DNA of 30,016 nucleotides from Macrostomum lignano. Taxonomy: Eukaryota. The position numbers were made by a program, and so were the translations under genes. Where the stretch lies: NCBI GenBank assembly GCA_002269645.1, contig NIVC01004962.1:1-30016 (forward strand), read 5' to 3'. The stretch's first letter is position 1. The number at the start of each line of letters is the position of its first letter. The notes under the pieces were generated by a model. That model had not been told where the DNA came from, did no database searches, and saw nothing but the letters and a program-made list of their open reading frames with translations. Shown here in pieces: positions 1 to 10,311 of this stretch.

Positions 1-1838
1 AGGGAGAGAGAGGGAGAGAAGAGGAGAGAAGAGAAGAGAAGGAAGAGAGAGAGGAGAGAAGGGAGAGAAGAGAAGAGAAGGGAGAGAAGGGAGAGAAGGG
101 AGAGAAGGGAGAGAAGAGAGAGAAGGGAGAGAAGGGAGAGAAGAGGAGAGAAGGAGAGGAAAGAAGGGAGAGAAGAGAGAGAAGGGAGAGAAGGGAGAGA
201 AGAGAAGAAGAGAGAGAGAAGGGAGAGATGGAGAGAAGGGAGAGAAGGGAGAGAAGGGAGAGAAGAGGAGAGAAGGAGAGGAAAAAAGAGAAGGAGAGAG
301 AAGGGAGAGAAGGGAGAGGAGGGGAAAGAAGGAGAGAAGCGGAGAGAAGGGAGAGAAGGGAGACAAGGGAGAGAAGGGAGAGAAGGGAGAGAAGAGGAGA
401 GAAGGAGAGGAAAGAAGGAGAGAAGGGAGAGAAGAGGAGAGAAGGAGAGGAAAGAAGAGAGAAGGAGAGAAGGGAGAGGAGGGAAAGAAGGGAGAGAAGC
501 GGAGAGAAGGGAGAGAAGGGAGAGAAGAGGAGAGAAGGAGAGGAAAGAAGGGAGAGAAGGGAAAGAAGGGAGAGAAGGGAGACAAGGGAGAGAAGGAGAG
601 AAGGGAGAGAAGGGAGAGAAGGGAGAGAAGGGAGAGAAGGGAGAGAAGGGAGAGAAGGGAGAGAAGGGAGAGAAGGAGAGAAGGAAGAGAAGGGAGAGAA
701 GGGAGAGAAGAGGAGAGAAGGAGAGGAAGAAGGGAGAGAAGGGAGAGAAGGGAGAGAAGGAGAGGAAAGAAGGGAGAGAAGGGAGAGAAGGGAGAGAAGG
801 AGAGGAAAGAAGGGAGAGAAGGGAGAGAAGGGAGAGAAGGGAGAAAGAAGGGAGAGAAGGGAGAGAAGAGGAGAGGAGGGAGAGAAGAGGAGAGAAGGGA
901 GAGAAGAGGAGAGAAGGAGAGAAGGGAGAGAAGGAGAGAAAGGGAGAGAAGGGAGAAAGAAGGGAGAGAAGGGAGAGAAGAGGAGAGAAGGAGAGGAAAG
1001 AAGGGAGAGAAGGGAGAGAAGAGGAGAGAAGGAGAGGAAAGAAGGGAGAGAAGGGAGAGAAGAGGAGAGAAGGAGAGGAAAGAAGGGAGAGAAGGGAGAG
1101 AAGGGAGAGAGGGAAAGAAGGGAGAGAAGGGAGAGAAGGGAGAGGAGGGAGAGAAGGGAGAGAAGAGGAGAGAAGAGGAGAGAAGGGAGAGAAGGGAGAG
1201 AAGGGAGAGAAGAGGAGAGAAGGAGAGGAAAGAAGGAGAGAGAAGGGAGAGAAGAGGAGAGAAGGAGAGGAAAGAAGGGAGAGAAGGAGAGAAGAGGAGA
1301 GAAGGAGAGGAAAGAAGGGAGAGAAGGGAGAGAAGGGAGAGGAGGGGAAAGAAGGGAGAGAAGCGGAGAGAAGGGAGAGAAGGGAGAGAAGAGGAGAGAA
1401 GGGAGAGAAGGGAGAGAAGGGAGAGAAGGGAGAGAAGGGAGAGAAGGGAGAGAAGGGAGAGAAGGGAGAGAAGGGAGAGAAGAGGAGAGAAGGAGAGGAA
1501 AGAAGGGAGAGAAGGGAGAGAAGAGGAGAGAAGGAGAGGAAAGAAGGGAGAGAAGGGAGAGAAGAGGAGAGAAGGAGAGGAAAGAAGGGAGAGAAGGGAG
1601 AGAAGGGAGAGGAGGGGAAAGAAGGGAGAGAAGGGAGAGAAGGGAGAGGAGGGAGAGAAGGGAGAGAAGAGGAGAGAAGAGGAGAGAAGGGAGAGAAGGG
1701 AGAGAAGGGAGAGGAGGGAGAGGAGGGAGAGAAGGGAGAGAAGGGAGAGGAGGGGAAAGAAGGGAGAGAAGGGAGAGAAGGGAGAGGAGGGGAAAGAAGG
1801 GAAAGAAGGGAGAGAAGGGAGAGAAGGGAGAGAAGGAG
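1..1838. repeat. Polypurine (GA-rich) satellite, main unit GGGAGAGAA with variants GGAGAGAA and GGAAAGAAG
   Basis: Almost only A/G; by eye about six pyrimidines (T229, C340, C364, C500, C583, C1364). Runs off the left edge of the window. Confidence 0.97.
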
Positions 1839-2119
1839 TCAAAGTGTTGTATTTGTCCAGCTGGCCCACTTAAGCGAGAAAAGTCAGAGATTTCCCAGGA
1901 AATTTGGTAAAATTTTACACAGCAACATTTTTTGTCAATGTCGCTCACTGCAAGGAGCAAATTTACCTGACACTGCATGCTTACTGGCAGATTCCGGTTT
2001 TATTTCGGAAAACGCTGGAATAACAAATTTAATAATCTGCTAATAGCCCTTATATTGTATCTTAATCTTCTGTCCAAGTGTGTGTCTTTGTGTCAGTCTG
2101 TTTTTGCACCTGTCTGCCA

Positions 2120-3228
2120 GCGCCAAAACGAGTACATTTGGCGCAAAAATGAGTGCCTGCGGCGCCAAATTGAGTGCCTGCGGCGCCAAAATGAGTGTCT
2201 GCGGCGCCAAAATGAGTGCCTGCGGCGCCAAATTGAGTGCCTGCGGCGCTAAAATGAGTGCCTGCGGCGCCAAAATGAGTGTCTGCGGCGCCAAAATGAG
2301 TGTCTGCGGCGCCAAAATGAGTGCCTGCGGCGCCAAATTGAGTGCCTGCGGCGCCAAAATGAGTGCCTGCGGCGCTAAAATGAGTGCCTGCGGCGCTAAA
2401 ATGAGTGCCTACGGCGCCAAAACGAGTGCCTGCGGCGCCAAAATGAGTGCCTGCGGCGCCAAAATGAGTGCCTGCGGCGCCAAAATGAGTGCCTGCGGCG
2501 CTAAATTGAGTGCCTACGGCGCCAAAACGAGTGCCTGCGGCGCTAAAATGAGTGCCTGCGGCGCTAAAATGAGTGCCTACGGCGCCAAAACGAGTGCCTG
2601 CGGCGCCAAAATGAGTGCCTGCGGCTATAAAATGAGTGCCAAAATGAGTGCCTGCGGCTATAAAATGAGTGCCTGCGGCTATAAAATGAGTGCCGGCGCC
2701 AAAATGAGTGCCTGCGGCTATAAAATGAGTGCCTGCGGCTAAAATGAGTGCCTGCGGCGCCAAAATGAGTGCCTGCGGCGCTAAATTGAGTGCCTATGGC
2801 GCTAAAATGAGTGCCTGCGGCGCCAAAATGAGTGCCTGCGGCGCTAAATTGAGTGCCTGCGCTAAAATGAGTGCCTGCGGCGCCAAAATGAGTGCCTGCG
2901 GCGCCAAAATGAGTGCCTGCGGCGCCAAAATGAGTGCCTGCGGCTAAAAATGAGTGCCTGCGGCTAAAAGAGTGCCTGCGGCGCCAAAATGAGTGCCTGC
3001 GGCTAAAATGAAAAATGAGTGCCTGCGGCTAGTAAAATGAGTGCCTGCAGCGCTAAAATGAGTGCCTGCGGCGCCAAAATGAGTGCCTGCGGCGCCAAAA
3101 TGAGTGCCTGCAAAATGAGTGCCTGCGGTAAAATGAGTGCCTGCGGCTATAAAATGAGTGCCTGCGGTGAGTGCCAAAATGAGTGCCTGCGGCGCCAAAA
3201 TGAGTGCCTGCGGTGCCAAAATGAGTGC
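2120..3228 (+). repeat. 21-bp minisatellite, unit AAAATGAGTGCCTGCGGCGCC, roughly 50 units, degenerating towards the 3' end
   Basis: Direct tandem repetition; ORF track shows 7-aa periodicity (AKMSACG). Confidence 0.97.
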
Positions 3229-3326
3229 TGACAACACCGATTCTCAAACTAATGCAGGAATTTAGTCAATTCTTGGCTTCGAGTCCCCTCCCCCTTACCA
3301 TGAAATCCATGGCGATAAAAACCCTG
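2120..3326 (+). mobile_element. 5'-truncated copy of the hAT-like minisatellite element at 17038-18600
   Basis: Same 21-bp unit. The 3' flank (ACAACACCGATTCTCAAA...TTGGCTT...GTCCCCTCCC...CCATGAAATCCATGGCGA...CCCTG) aligns with 18520-18600. No matching 5' end or TSD found. Confidence 0.7.
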
Positions 3327-3647
3327 CATAATGTGAACAGTAAACAAAATAATAGCGACTGTGTTTTTGTTAACAGATGTTGTCGTCTGCTGCTATCAGT
3401 TCAATGCTAAAAATGAGTCTCTTTGTTATTTTCGTCATAATTGCAATCTAGAAAGCTGCGGAAATGCCGATCTGCTCAATTTTTTTTCAGAGCCCAGCTG
3501 AATCGCTGGCTGCCAGTCAATTCTAGCCCACAATTTTGCACCTGTTCGTTCCATTAAGGTTCATATAAAGACGCATTCAAGTCTACTCTAATAAACGGCT
3601 AGGTGCATACCGGAGGTAACCTGTAGTTTTTATCATTTCTCCATGAA

Positions 3648-5803
3648 ATGGTGCGCCAAAATTTGGTTGCCCAAATCAAACTGGCCTTTTTAGCCCTGAT
3701 TGTCAGCATATCGACCATTTGCATCGTTTCTACGGTCAGAAATAACCAAAATTATCAACAGAGAGCATGCTTAGCAAATAACCACATAACAACTCAGTCA
3801 AGGATGACGACAGCAATGAGAAATGTCAGCACCACTACTGTTCCTACCGTGAAACCTCTAAGACCAGTCAGACCTCCCAGCTGCGACTACCACCAGGAGC
3901 TATCGACGCTGAACTTCCTCAAAGACGACTCTCTGCGCTGGAATTTGTGTCGAAAAGTTGATGCAGCTGAAACTTTCCAGCCTACAATATCCGTCGGGGG
4001 CGATTCCCGTTGTGCCGACTGGTTGACAGTTTGCCGACAGCGGTGATGAAGGTTCGATTTGTCGAATTGATTTTTTACACAATAAAACACAAAACGCAAA
4101 ATTTCACATTTCAACACTAAAATAGTGATTGGGTCTCTTAACAGTGTCAGAGAAAGTTCTAATCACACTATTTTGTGCCTTACAGGCTGCTCTAACGACG
4201 CATTAACCGATTCTTCGTGTTAAATTGGACTTGTCATTGGTTTAAACTTTTTTCAAGTGACAGACCAATTTAACAAAAATCGTTTAATGCGTCGTTAGAG
4301 CAGCGTGTGAGGCACAAATAGTGTGATTAGAACTTTCTCTGACACTCTTAAGAAACCCAATCACTATTTTAGTGTTGAGAATCGTGAAATATCCTATCTC
4401 CGTAGTGTATTTTTCCGGTGAAACCTGCCTTTAAAACTATTTCTGATTGAAAAGCTTTATGCATATCGATAGAGCAATAAGAAAGGCACAAACATATCAA
4501 AAGATGAACACTGGATCTGCCTCCTATCAAAAGCAATAACAATTTTTGTGCTGAAAAAATTAAAACCTCCTATCTCTGTAGTGTATTTTCGGCGGAAAGT
4601 TGCCTTCAAAACATTTACGATAGATTTCGAGTGTAACGTCCTATATATGTTACTTGAGTAGTCCTTGGTCATAAAGCATCGCGTACGGAAAGCCTTTAAA
4701 GAGGATATCCGAATTAAAACAAATCCTCCACAACCAGCAACGACGGCAATTCTGTCCTGAGCACAACCACTCGATCACTGGCGAATTTCTGCGCACAAAG
4801 CTCCAAAGTTAATGTCAACGCTCACGGAATCACCGCGGCACTTTTACCATCTGCTCTGCACTTAGAATATCCAGATGCATCAGTTAGAGACATGACTTTT
4901 CACTAAGCAGCACTAGAAGTGATAGGTTTAGTACCTTATAACTACATGCAAGCATTAAAACTCGCTTAAATTGCAGTAAGTATCCAAACTAGCAGTTCAA
5001 TTGAAGCTTCATACAGAGCTACGAATCGTTTGATACCAATTTACGGCTACAATACGACTTTATCTCCCAATCGATTGCCAGACGACACACCTGGGAGCCG
5101 GTCCTTGTCCATCAGTTGATCCACATCAGCCTCAATTTAAAAGGAAACGGCCGCACCGTCTCCTTCCTGGACGTGGGCAGCAACATTGGAGTGTACAGCC
5201 TGTCTGCACGAGACGCCGGTCTGATCACGGTGGCAGTGGACGCGAATTTGCGCAACCTCGCTCGGATTCGTCTGGCAGCTTCGGCCATGCGGTTGCCCTC
5301 ACCGATCCTCACCTGGCCCTCGTGTGGGCCTACTTCTCCGACCGGGTCGGGCTACGCTACCTGCAATTCTCTACAAAGTTCTGCAACGTCGGAGGAGCTG
5401 CGCCGAAATAAGTTCGATGCGGAAGGCGGCTTCTGGGCCATCGACACCGTGCCCGTGATGACAGCCACCGGAGACGACCTCCTGCCGCTGATTTCAACAG
5501 ACCTGGTAGTGGCAAAGATTGACATTGAGACCAGCGAGAACATCTTCCTGAGTACGGGCCAGCGACTCTTCAGTGAGCATCGCATTGTGGTAGTGCAGAT
5601 GGAGTGGTGGCGGGCGAGTCATTCAATTCCGGCGTCTGAGAGTCCGAACTACCGCACGATAGTCGAGTTCTTTGCAAGGAGAAACTACACCTGCTGTCGG
5701 CGACCACACGGCAACGGCTGAATCGAGCAAATTTTACGACTGGGATACTTTGTGGGTTCGAGGAGACTACCTGAGCATTGTGGAAGCCATGCTGCGAAGA
5801 TGA
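3648..5803 (+). CDS. FkbM/Methyltransf_21-family SAM-dependent methyltransferase with N-terminal type II membrane anchor; exons about 3648-4042 and about 5017/5019-5803; several frameshifts; about 390 aa if repaired
   Basis: Exon 1 gives a hydrophobic segment (LAFLALIVSISTICIV) and a Thr-rich stem. Exon 2 gives DFISQSI..WEP, FLDVGSNIG (SAM motif I), SDRVG..NVGG (shifted frame), KIDIETSE, QMEW and C-terminal DWDTLW (shifted frame). The exon 1-2 junction phase is uncertain. Confidence 0.78.
4111..4378. mobile_element. Fold-back (MITE-like) inverted repeat with arms of about 120 bp, inside the methyltransferase intron
   Basis: TCAACACTAAAATAGTGATTGGG... at 4111 is the reverse complement of ...CCCAATCACTATTTTAGTGTTGA ending at 4378; the arms pair almost to the centre. 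No TSD seen. Confidence 0.85.
4392..4616 (+). repeat. Dispersed repeat, copy 1, with an internal direct subrepeat (CCTATCTCyGTAGTGTATTT...TGCCTTyAAAAC)
   Basis: 4450-4616 aligns with 9026-9193; 4392-4441 repeats 4568-4616. Confidence 0.85.
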
Positions 5804-6328
5804 CGACTAGTAGGTTGACGGATGTACTGGATACTCCTTGTAAACTGGAGAGCAATATTTCGATTTAAGTGTACTAGGAGGTTAAGGTTTGTTAAAGTTG
5901 GCTATAAACTTGAAGTGCATTTGCTTGCTTTTAGTTCTAAATCTAAAGAAAACTTGCAAAGCTGGTTTTGATGTTGAAGAGAAATTTTGCTGATGCGATC
6001 AGTTTTTCGATGTCTGAATTTGTTTATTTGCTAGGCAAATCAAGATTCTTTTTCATTTAAAACTGTGGTTGATTTTTTGATTAAAGAGAAAAACACGCGC
6101 TGTTTCGCCGCTAAAACTCGACCGGAAAGGTGAAAGGCGCTGCGCATGCACACACAGGTGTGCGCGTGACTTCTGCCAGCCAGTCATGAAGTAAACAAGC
6201 CAGTTCCAATTTAGCTTCACACCCTCATAGGCTTTCTGCCCCAGTAAGCCCTATAAAAATACATTGAATCAAGCAGGTTGCGGTATAAGAGAAAGTCAAA
6301 CGGCTCCGCAGGCGCGCCTGAAGTCCAG

Positions 6329-8830
6329 ATGGGCAACTCGGCGTTTGTGCAACGAATTCGCGAGCGTGAAGAGCTGCGGAGGGAGAGCAGACGCGAGGAG
6401 CTGCTGGCATTTGCCGAAAGCTGCCAGCATTTGCAGGCTGAGACAGTCGACAATGCCAAGGCACTACTTGGTCGGCAGTTGCTGAAGTCTGCAGAAGGCA
6501 GTGTTGCAGAGTTTGCCAATATCACTCGGTAAGAAAGAAGTACTTAGAGTTATTTGTAGTGACGTGTTTGACTATTGCGCAGTCTTTTCGAGCAGTTCAT
6601 GCACCTGGGAACAGATCGCTGAAGCACAGTATATGCGCGTGACTGACGAAAATAAAATCAAGTCTTGAAGGCTGCTGTACTACGCTACTGTGCCTGAAAT
6701 TTGCAGGTACATTGTACTTGCATTGTACAAGCATTAGGCAGGATTTTTTATTGGGGGAGGGAAGTGCAGGTGTTGGCAATAGTGAGGGGTTTTGCACCAA
6801 GGAGTTTTGCACCAAGGAGTTTTGCACCAAGGGGTTCTAGCAAAAAGGGGCGCCAGCACCAAGGGGCGCCAGCACCAAGGGGCGCCAGCACCAAGGGGCG
6901 CCAGCACCAAGGGGCGCCAGCACCAAGGGGCGCCAGCACCAAGGGGCGCCAGCACCAAGGGGCACCAGCACCTAGGGGCGCCAGCACCAAGGGGCGCCAG
7001 CACCAAGGGGCGCCAGCACCAAGGGGCGCCAGCACCAAGGGGCGCCAGCACCAAGGGGCGCCAGCACCAAGGGGCGCCAGCACCAAGGGGCGCCAGCACC
7101 AAGGGGCGCCAGCACCAAGGGGCGCCAGCACCAAGGGGCGCCAGCACCAAGGGGCGCCAGCACCAAGGGGCGCCAGCACCAAGGGGCGCCAGCACCAAGG
7201 GGCGCCAGCACCAAGGGGCACCAGCACCTAGGGGCGCCAGCACCAAGGGGCGCCAGCACCAAGGGGCGCCAGCACCAAGGCGCCAGCACCAAGGGGCGCC
7301 AGCACCAAGGGGCGCCAGCACCAAGGGGCGCTAGCACCAAGGGGCGCCAGCACCAAGGGGCGCCAGCACCAAGGGGCGCCAGCACCAAGGGGCGCCAGCA
7401 CCAAGAGGCGCCAGCACCAAGGGGACATTGCATTGGGACACCCTTTGTAACGTACTTCATTAAAAAAGCAACGAAAACCGTTAAAAACACTATTGCGAAT
7501 CTTGAAGTCATGCAAGTAAAACAAACAAAACTGCTCATCGAAATCCACTGAACAGAGATCCAAATCGAACTCGCTCGATGGCAGCGAAGCCGATGACAAT
7601 GAACTCGGGACTTCACCGACTGTGCTGGCGCTCCCAATCGGCTGGACCCGCTGGTAGAGAAGCGAATCGAACGGCTGAGACAAGAGAGCCACCGAGATGA
7701 GGTGGAGAATCTGGGCGCAGCTACGGGTGTGGGCTACTACGATCACGGAGACCTTGGCAGGGAGGATCCGACTAGGAATCGCGGTGAGCAGTCCAACCGA
7801 GAATATGGTAGTGATTTGCCTATTGGTGAAAGACTAATACCGATGGGACAGGCTATCGATGGGACAGGCTATCGATGGGACAGGCTATCCATTAGATGAG
7901 CTACCGATGGGACAGGCTATCGATGGGACAGGCTATCGATGGGACAGGCTATCGATGGGACAGGCTATCCATTAGATGAGCTACCGATGGGACAGGCTAT
8001 CGATGGGACAGGCTATCGATGGGACAGGCTATCGATGGGACAGGCTATCGATGGGACAGACTATCGATGGGACAGGCTATCGATGGGACAGGCTATCCAT
8101 TAGATGAGTTATCGATGGGACCGGCTATCCGTTAGATGAGTTACCGATGGGACAGGCTATCCATTAGATGAGCTACCGATGGGACAGGCTATCCATTAGA
8201 TGAGCTACCGATGGGACAGGCTATCAATTAGATGATCTACCGATGGGACAAGCTATCGTACATAAGGGACATGCCATACATGGAGAAACTTTTCATTTAT
8301 AAAATTATGCAAAAGATCACAATAATGAAAAATAGATGATTTCGCTTTGTCACCAATGTAAAATGTAGTAAACAGACTCCAAAACATGCACCCACTTAAT
8401 TGATAACTTCCTCCCCTCAGAGATTCTCTACAACCAGTCTGTTGACTACGAAGTTCAAGCGTCCAGTGGTGACGCTACCGCGACAGCGGCGGCTGCCTCC
8501 CTGCAGCAGCAGCAGCAGCTGGCCAGAGCGGACGACGACGACCACTTCTACTCCGCGGGAGATCTGCAGAGGTCAAGGAGCAACTCGCCAACACTGATGG
8601 GCGGCGCCTCTGAGTCAGCTTTCGAAGGTGCTGGAGCGTTCGACGCTGCGCCGATGTCGACTTCAACTCCGACCTCATCGTCTGCATCGCTGTACTCGGC
8701 GTACTCGGAAGATGACGGCAGCAGCTGCTGCAGCGACGACCAGGTGCTCGACTACCTGGAGGAAGATGATGAGGAGGACGAAGGGCGAGACTGTGAAGAA
8801 CATGCTGGTGAAGACTTTCAGGATCAATAG
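6329..8830 (+). CDS. Putative three-exon orphan gene (6329-6528, about 7556/7558-7807, 8421-8830), about 286 aa, charged N-terminus and acidic low-complexity C-terminus; one -1 indel at GGG 7607-7609
   Basis: Donor CG|GTAAGA at 6529; donor G|GTAGTG at 7808 joins in frame to acceptor CCCCTCAG| at 8420. Lengths sum to whole codons after one indel. No family recognised. Confidence 0.5.
6785..7424. repeat. 16-bp minisatellite GGGGCGCCAGCACCAA (about 36 units) preceded by three 15-bp variants (GGAGTTTTGCACCAA); intronic
   Basis: Direct tandem repetition; 16-aa ORF periodicity equals 3 x 16 nt. Confidence 0.97.
7840..8258. repeat. 16-bp minisatellite ATCGATGGGACAGGCT with recurring CCATTAGATGAGCTACCG inserts; intronic
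   Basis: Direct tandem repetition. Confidence 0.95.
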
Positions 8831-9025
8831 TTTTCAATTTGGAAACACGTTGATCTCATCAAAACAAATTGAAACTAAAAAGGCTCAACTATAAAGTCAG
8901 TTCTCGTGCTCAATTTTTACAATAACTTTACTAAGAAGAATTGAATTTGACAACAAAATTCGAAAAAAAGCAAGGACGACGAAGGTAGAATAAAAAATTA
9001 ACATAGAATCCTAATTTTCTGAACG

Positions 9026-9193
9026 AAAAGCTTTATGAATATCGATAGAGCAATAAGAAAGGCACAACATATCAAAAAGATGAACACTGGATCCGCCTCC
9101 TATCAAAAGCAATAACAGTATTTTTGCTGAAAAAAGAAAACTTCCTATCTCTGTAGTGTATTTCTTTGGAGAAAACCTGCCTTCAAAAACTTT
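9026..9193 (+). repeat. Dispersed repeat, copy 2 (homologous to 4450-4616)
   Basis: AAAAGCTTTATG.ATATCGATAGAGCAATAAGAAAGGCACAA... is shared with copy 1. Confidence 0.85.
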
Positions 9194-9687
9194 CCAAGAA
9201 ACGAGATTTCCTGTCCTTGCAAAAAAGCTGATGGAGAGAAAAATTTGTCAAATTTGAGTTTACAAGTTGCATGTACAAAGACCGACTTTTGTCGAATAGT
9301 TAGTGTAGTACGTACACTGGCCTAATTATTAATATATTAGGGTTTTTATAACTTTATTTGATGTAACAAAAAGACAGATAATTGTACAGTGTTTTAAGTG
9401 GAACTGCTCAATAGGACATTGATCGATGCAATACTAAACAGTTGAAATATATATCTGATATGGATACGCTCGTATGCTGTAAAAATAAGTAGTGTTGTTT
9501 CCGTAAAGTCTGCAACTATAATTATGTTTTTTATCTCGGATTAAACATGAGCGCCTCTCGTATTTTGGCAACATGATATTTCAATAAAATATGAAAACTC
9601 ATTTCAAAAGTTATTTTAAATACGACACCCGTGAATCTCTCCATTTCAACTTCATATCAATATTAAAGCGGGTACTTCTCTCTCTCA

Positions 9688-9880
9688 GGGGTTTAGCCTA
9701 AGCGGTTGTACCGTTGGATACATAACTGAAGGTCGGGGCTTCGATTCTCGACCCAACTCGGAACAATTTGTGTCCTTCCTTGAGCAAGACACACTTAACT
9801 CTCTGGGGTATAAATTGAGGGTGTGTGTGGCGACCCCCCAGTCCTTGGACTGAACAGCCGTACGCAGCCTTCAGATGCGC
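9688..9880 (+). mobile_element. tRNA-derived SINE (family A); 3' end not defined
   Basis: A-box-like TAGCCTAAGCGG (9694), B-box-like GGCTTCGATTCTC (about 9737), then GTGTCCTT..GAGCAAGACAC..TTAAC, resembling a conserved SINE central domain. Confidence 0.7.
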
Positions 9881-10311
9881 TGCGCAAGATGAGCTTTCGA
9901 ATTGAAAGTTCAAGAGAGCGTTATTTGAGTACTCGCCGTCCAGCTTTGGTAGTTTGAGTGACAATTTGAAAACTCATGGTCATTCTTAAATCAAGGACTC
10001 CTAGACTAGAAGTCCAGTCCATAACTACTCATGATCCTTGGCTTAACTATGAATGTACGTACTTTCTAATAAAAAGAAAAGGTTCCGGGTCTATAAGATT
10101 TATGATCATTTTAGGACTTCATGTGTATGACGTCATTTATGATTTACATTATAATATTATAATACATTCTCTGCTTCATTAGTTCATTCTGTTAAGAAAT
10201 AATCCGGCTTAAGTGCAGCTGAAACCGTTACTATTAGAAGAACAAAGCTGGGATGCTAACAAATCAACAGTTGTTAAACTCCAATAAAGTTAGAACCAAA
10301 AACAATGCCTT

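Noticed and set aside
228-1910. 560-aa Glu/Arg/Gly ORF
   Set aside because: A strand with almost no T cannot contain stop codons; the ORF is a by-product of the purine satellite.
1977-3247. ORFs in the 21-bp array, and likewise at 6701-7637, 17016-18656, 24493-25060 and 25914-26207
   Set aside because: They are periodic translations of tandem repeats, open in several frames and on both strands.
4115-4374. CACTA...TAGTG termini suggesting a CACTA/EnSpm element
   Set aside because: The inverted match extends 4 bp beyond these motifs and no direct TSD flanks them.
5400-5415. AAA TAA at a frame switch, resembling the Euplotes +1 frameshift signal
   Set aside because: It is a single instance in a metazoan-type sequence; the other indels lack the motif and are explained by homopolymer error.
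6785-8258. CRISPR-like appearance of the short repeat arrays
   Set aside because: The units are head-to-tail with no unique spacers, there are no cas genes, and the context is eukaryotic.
9688-9765. tRNA gene calls here and at 22070-22136
   Set aside because: A and B boxes are present, but I could not build a full cloverleaf. The heads continue into SINE bodies, one of which has a TSD.
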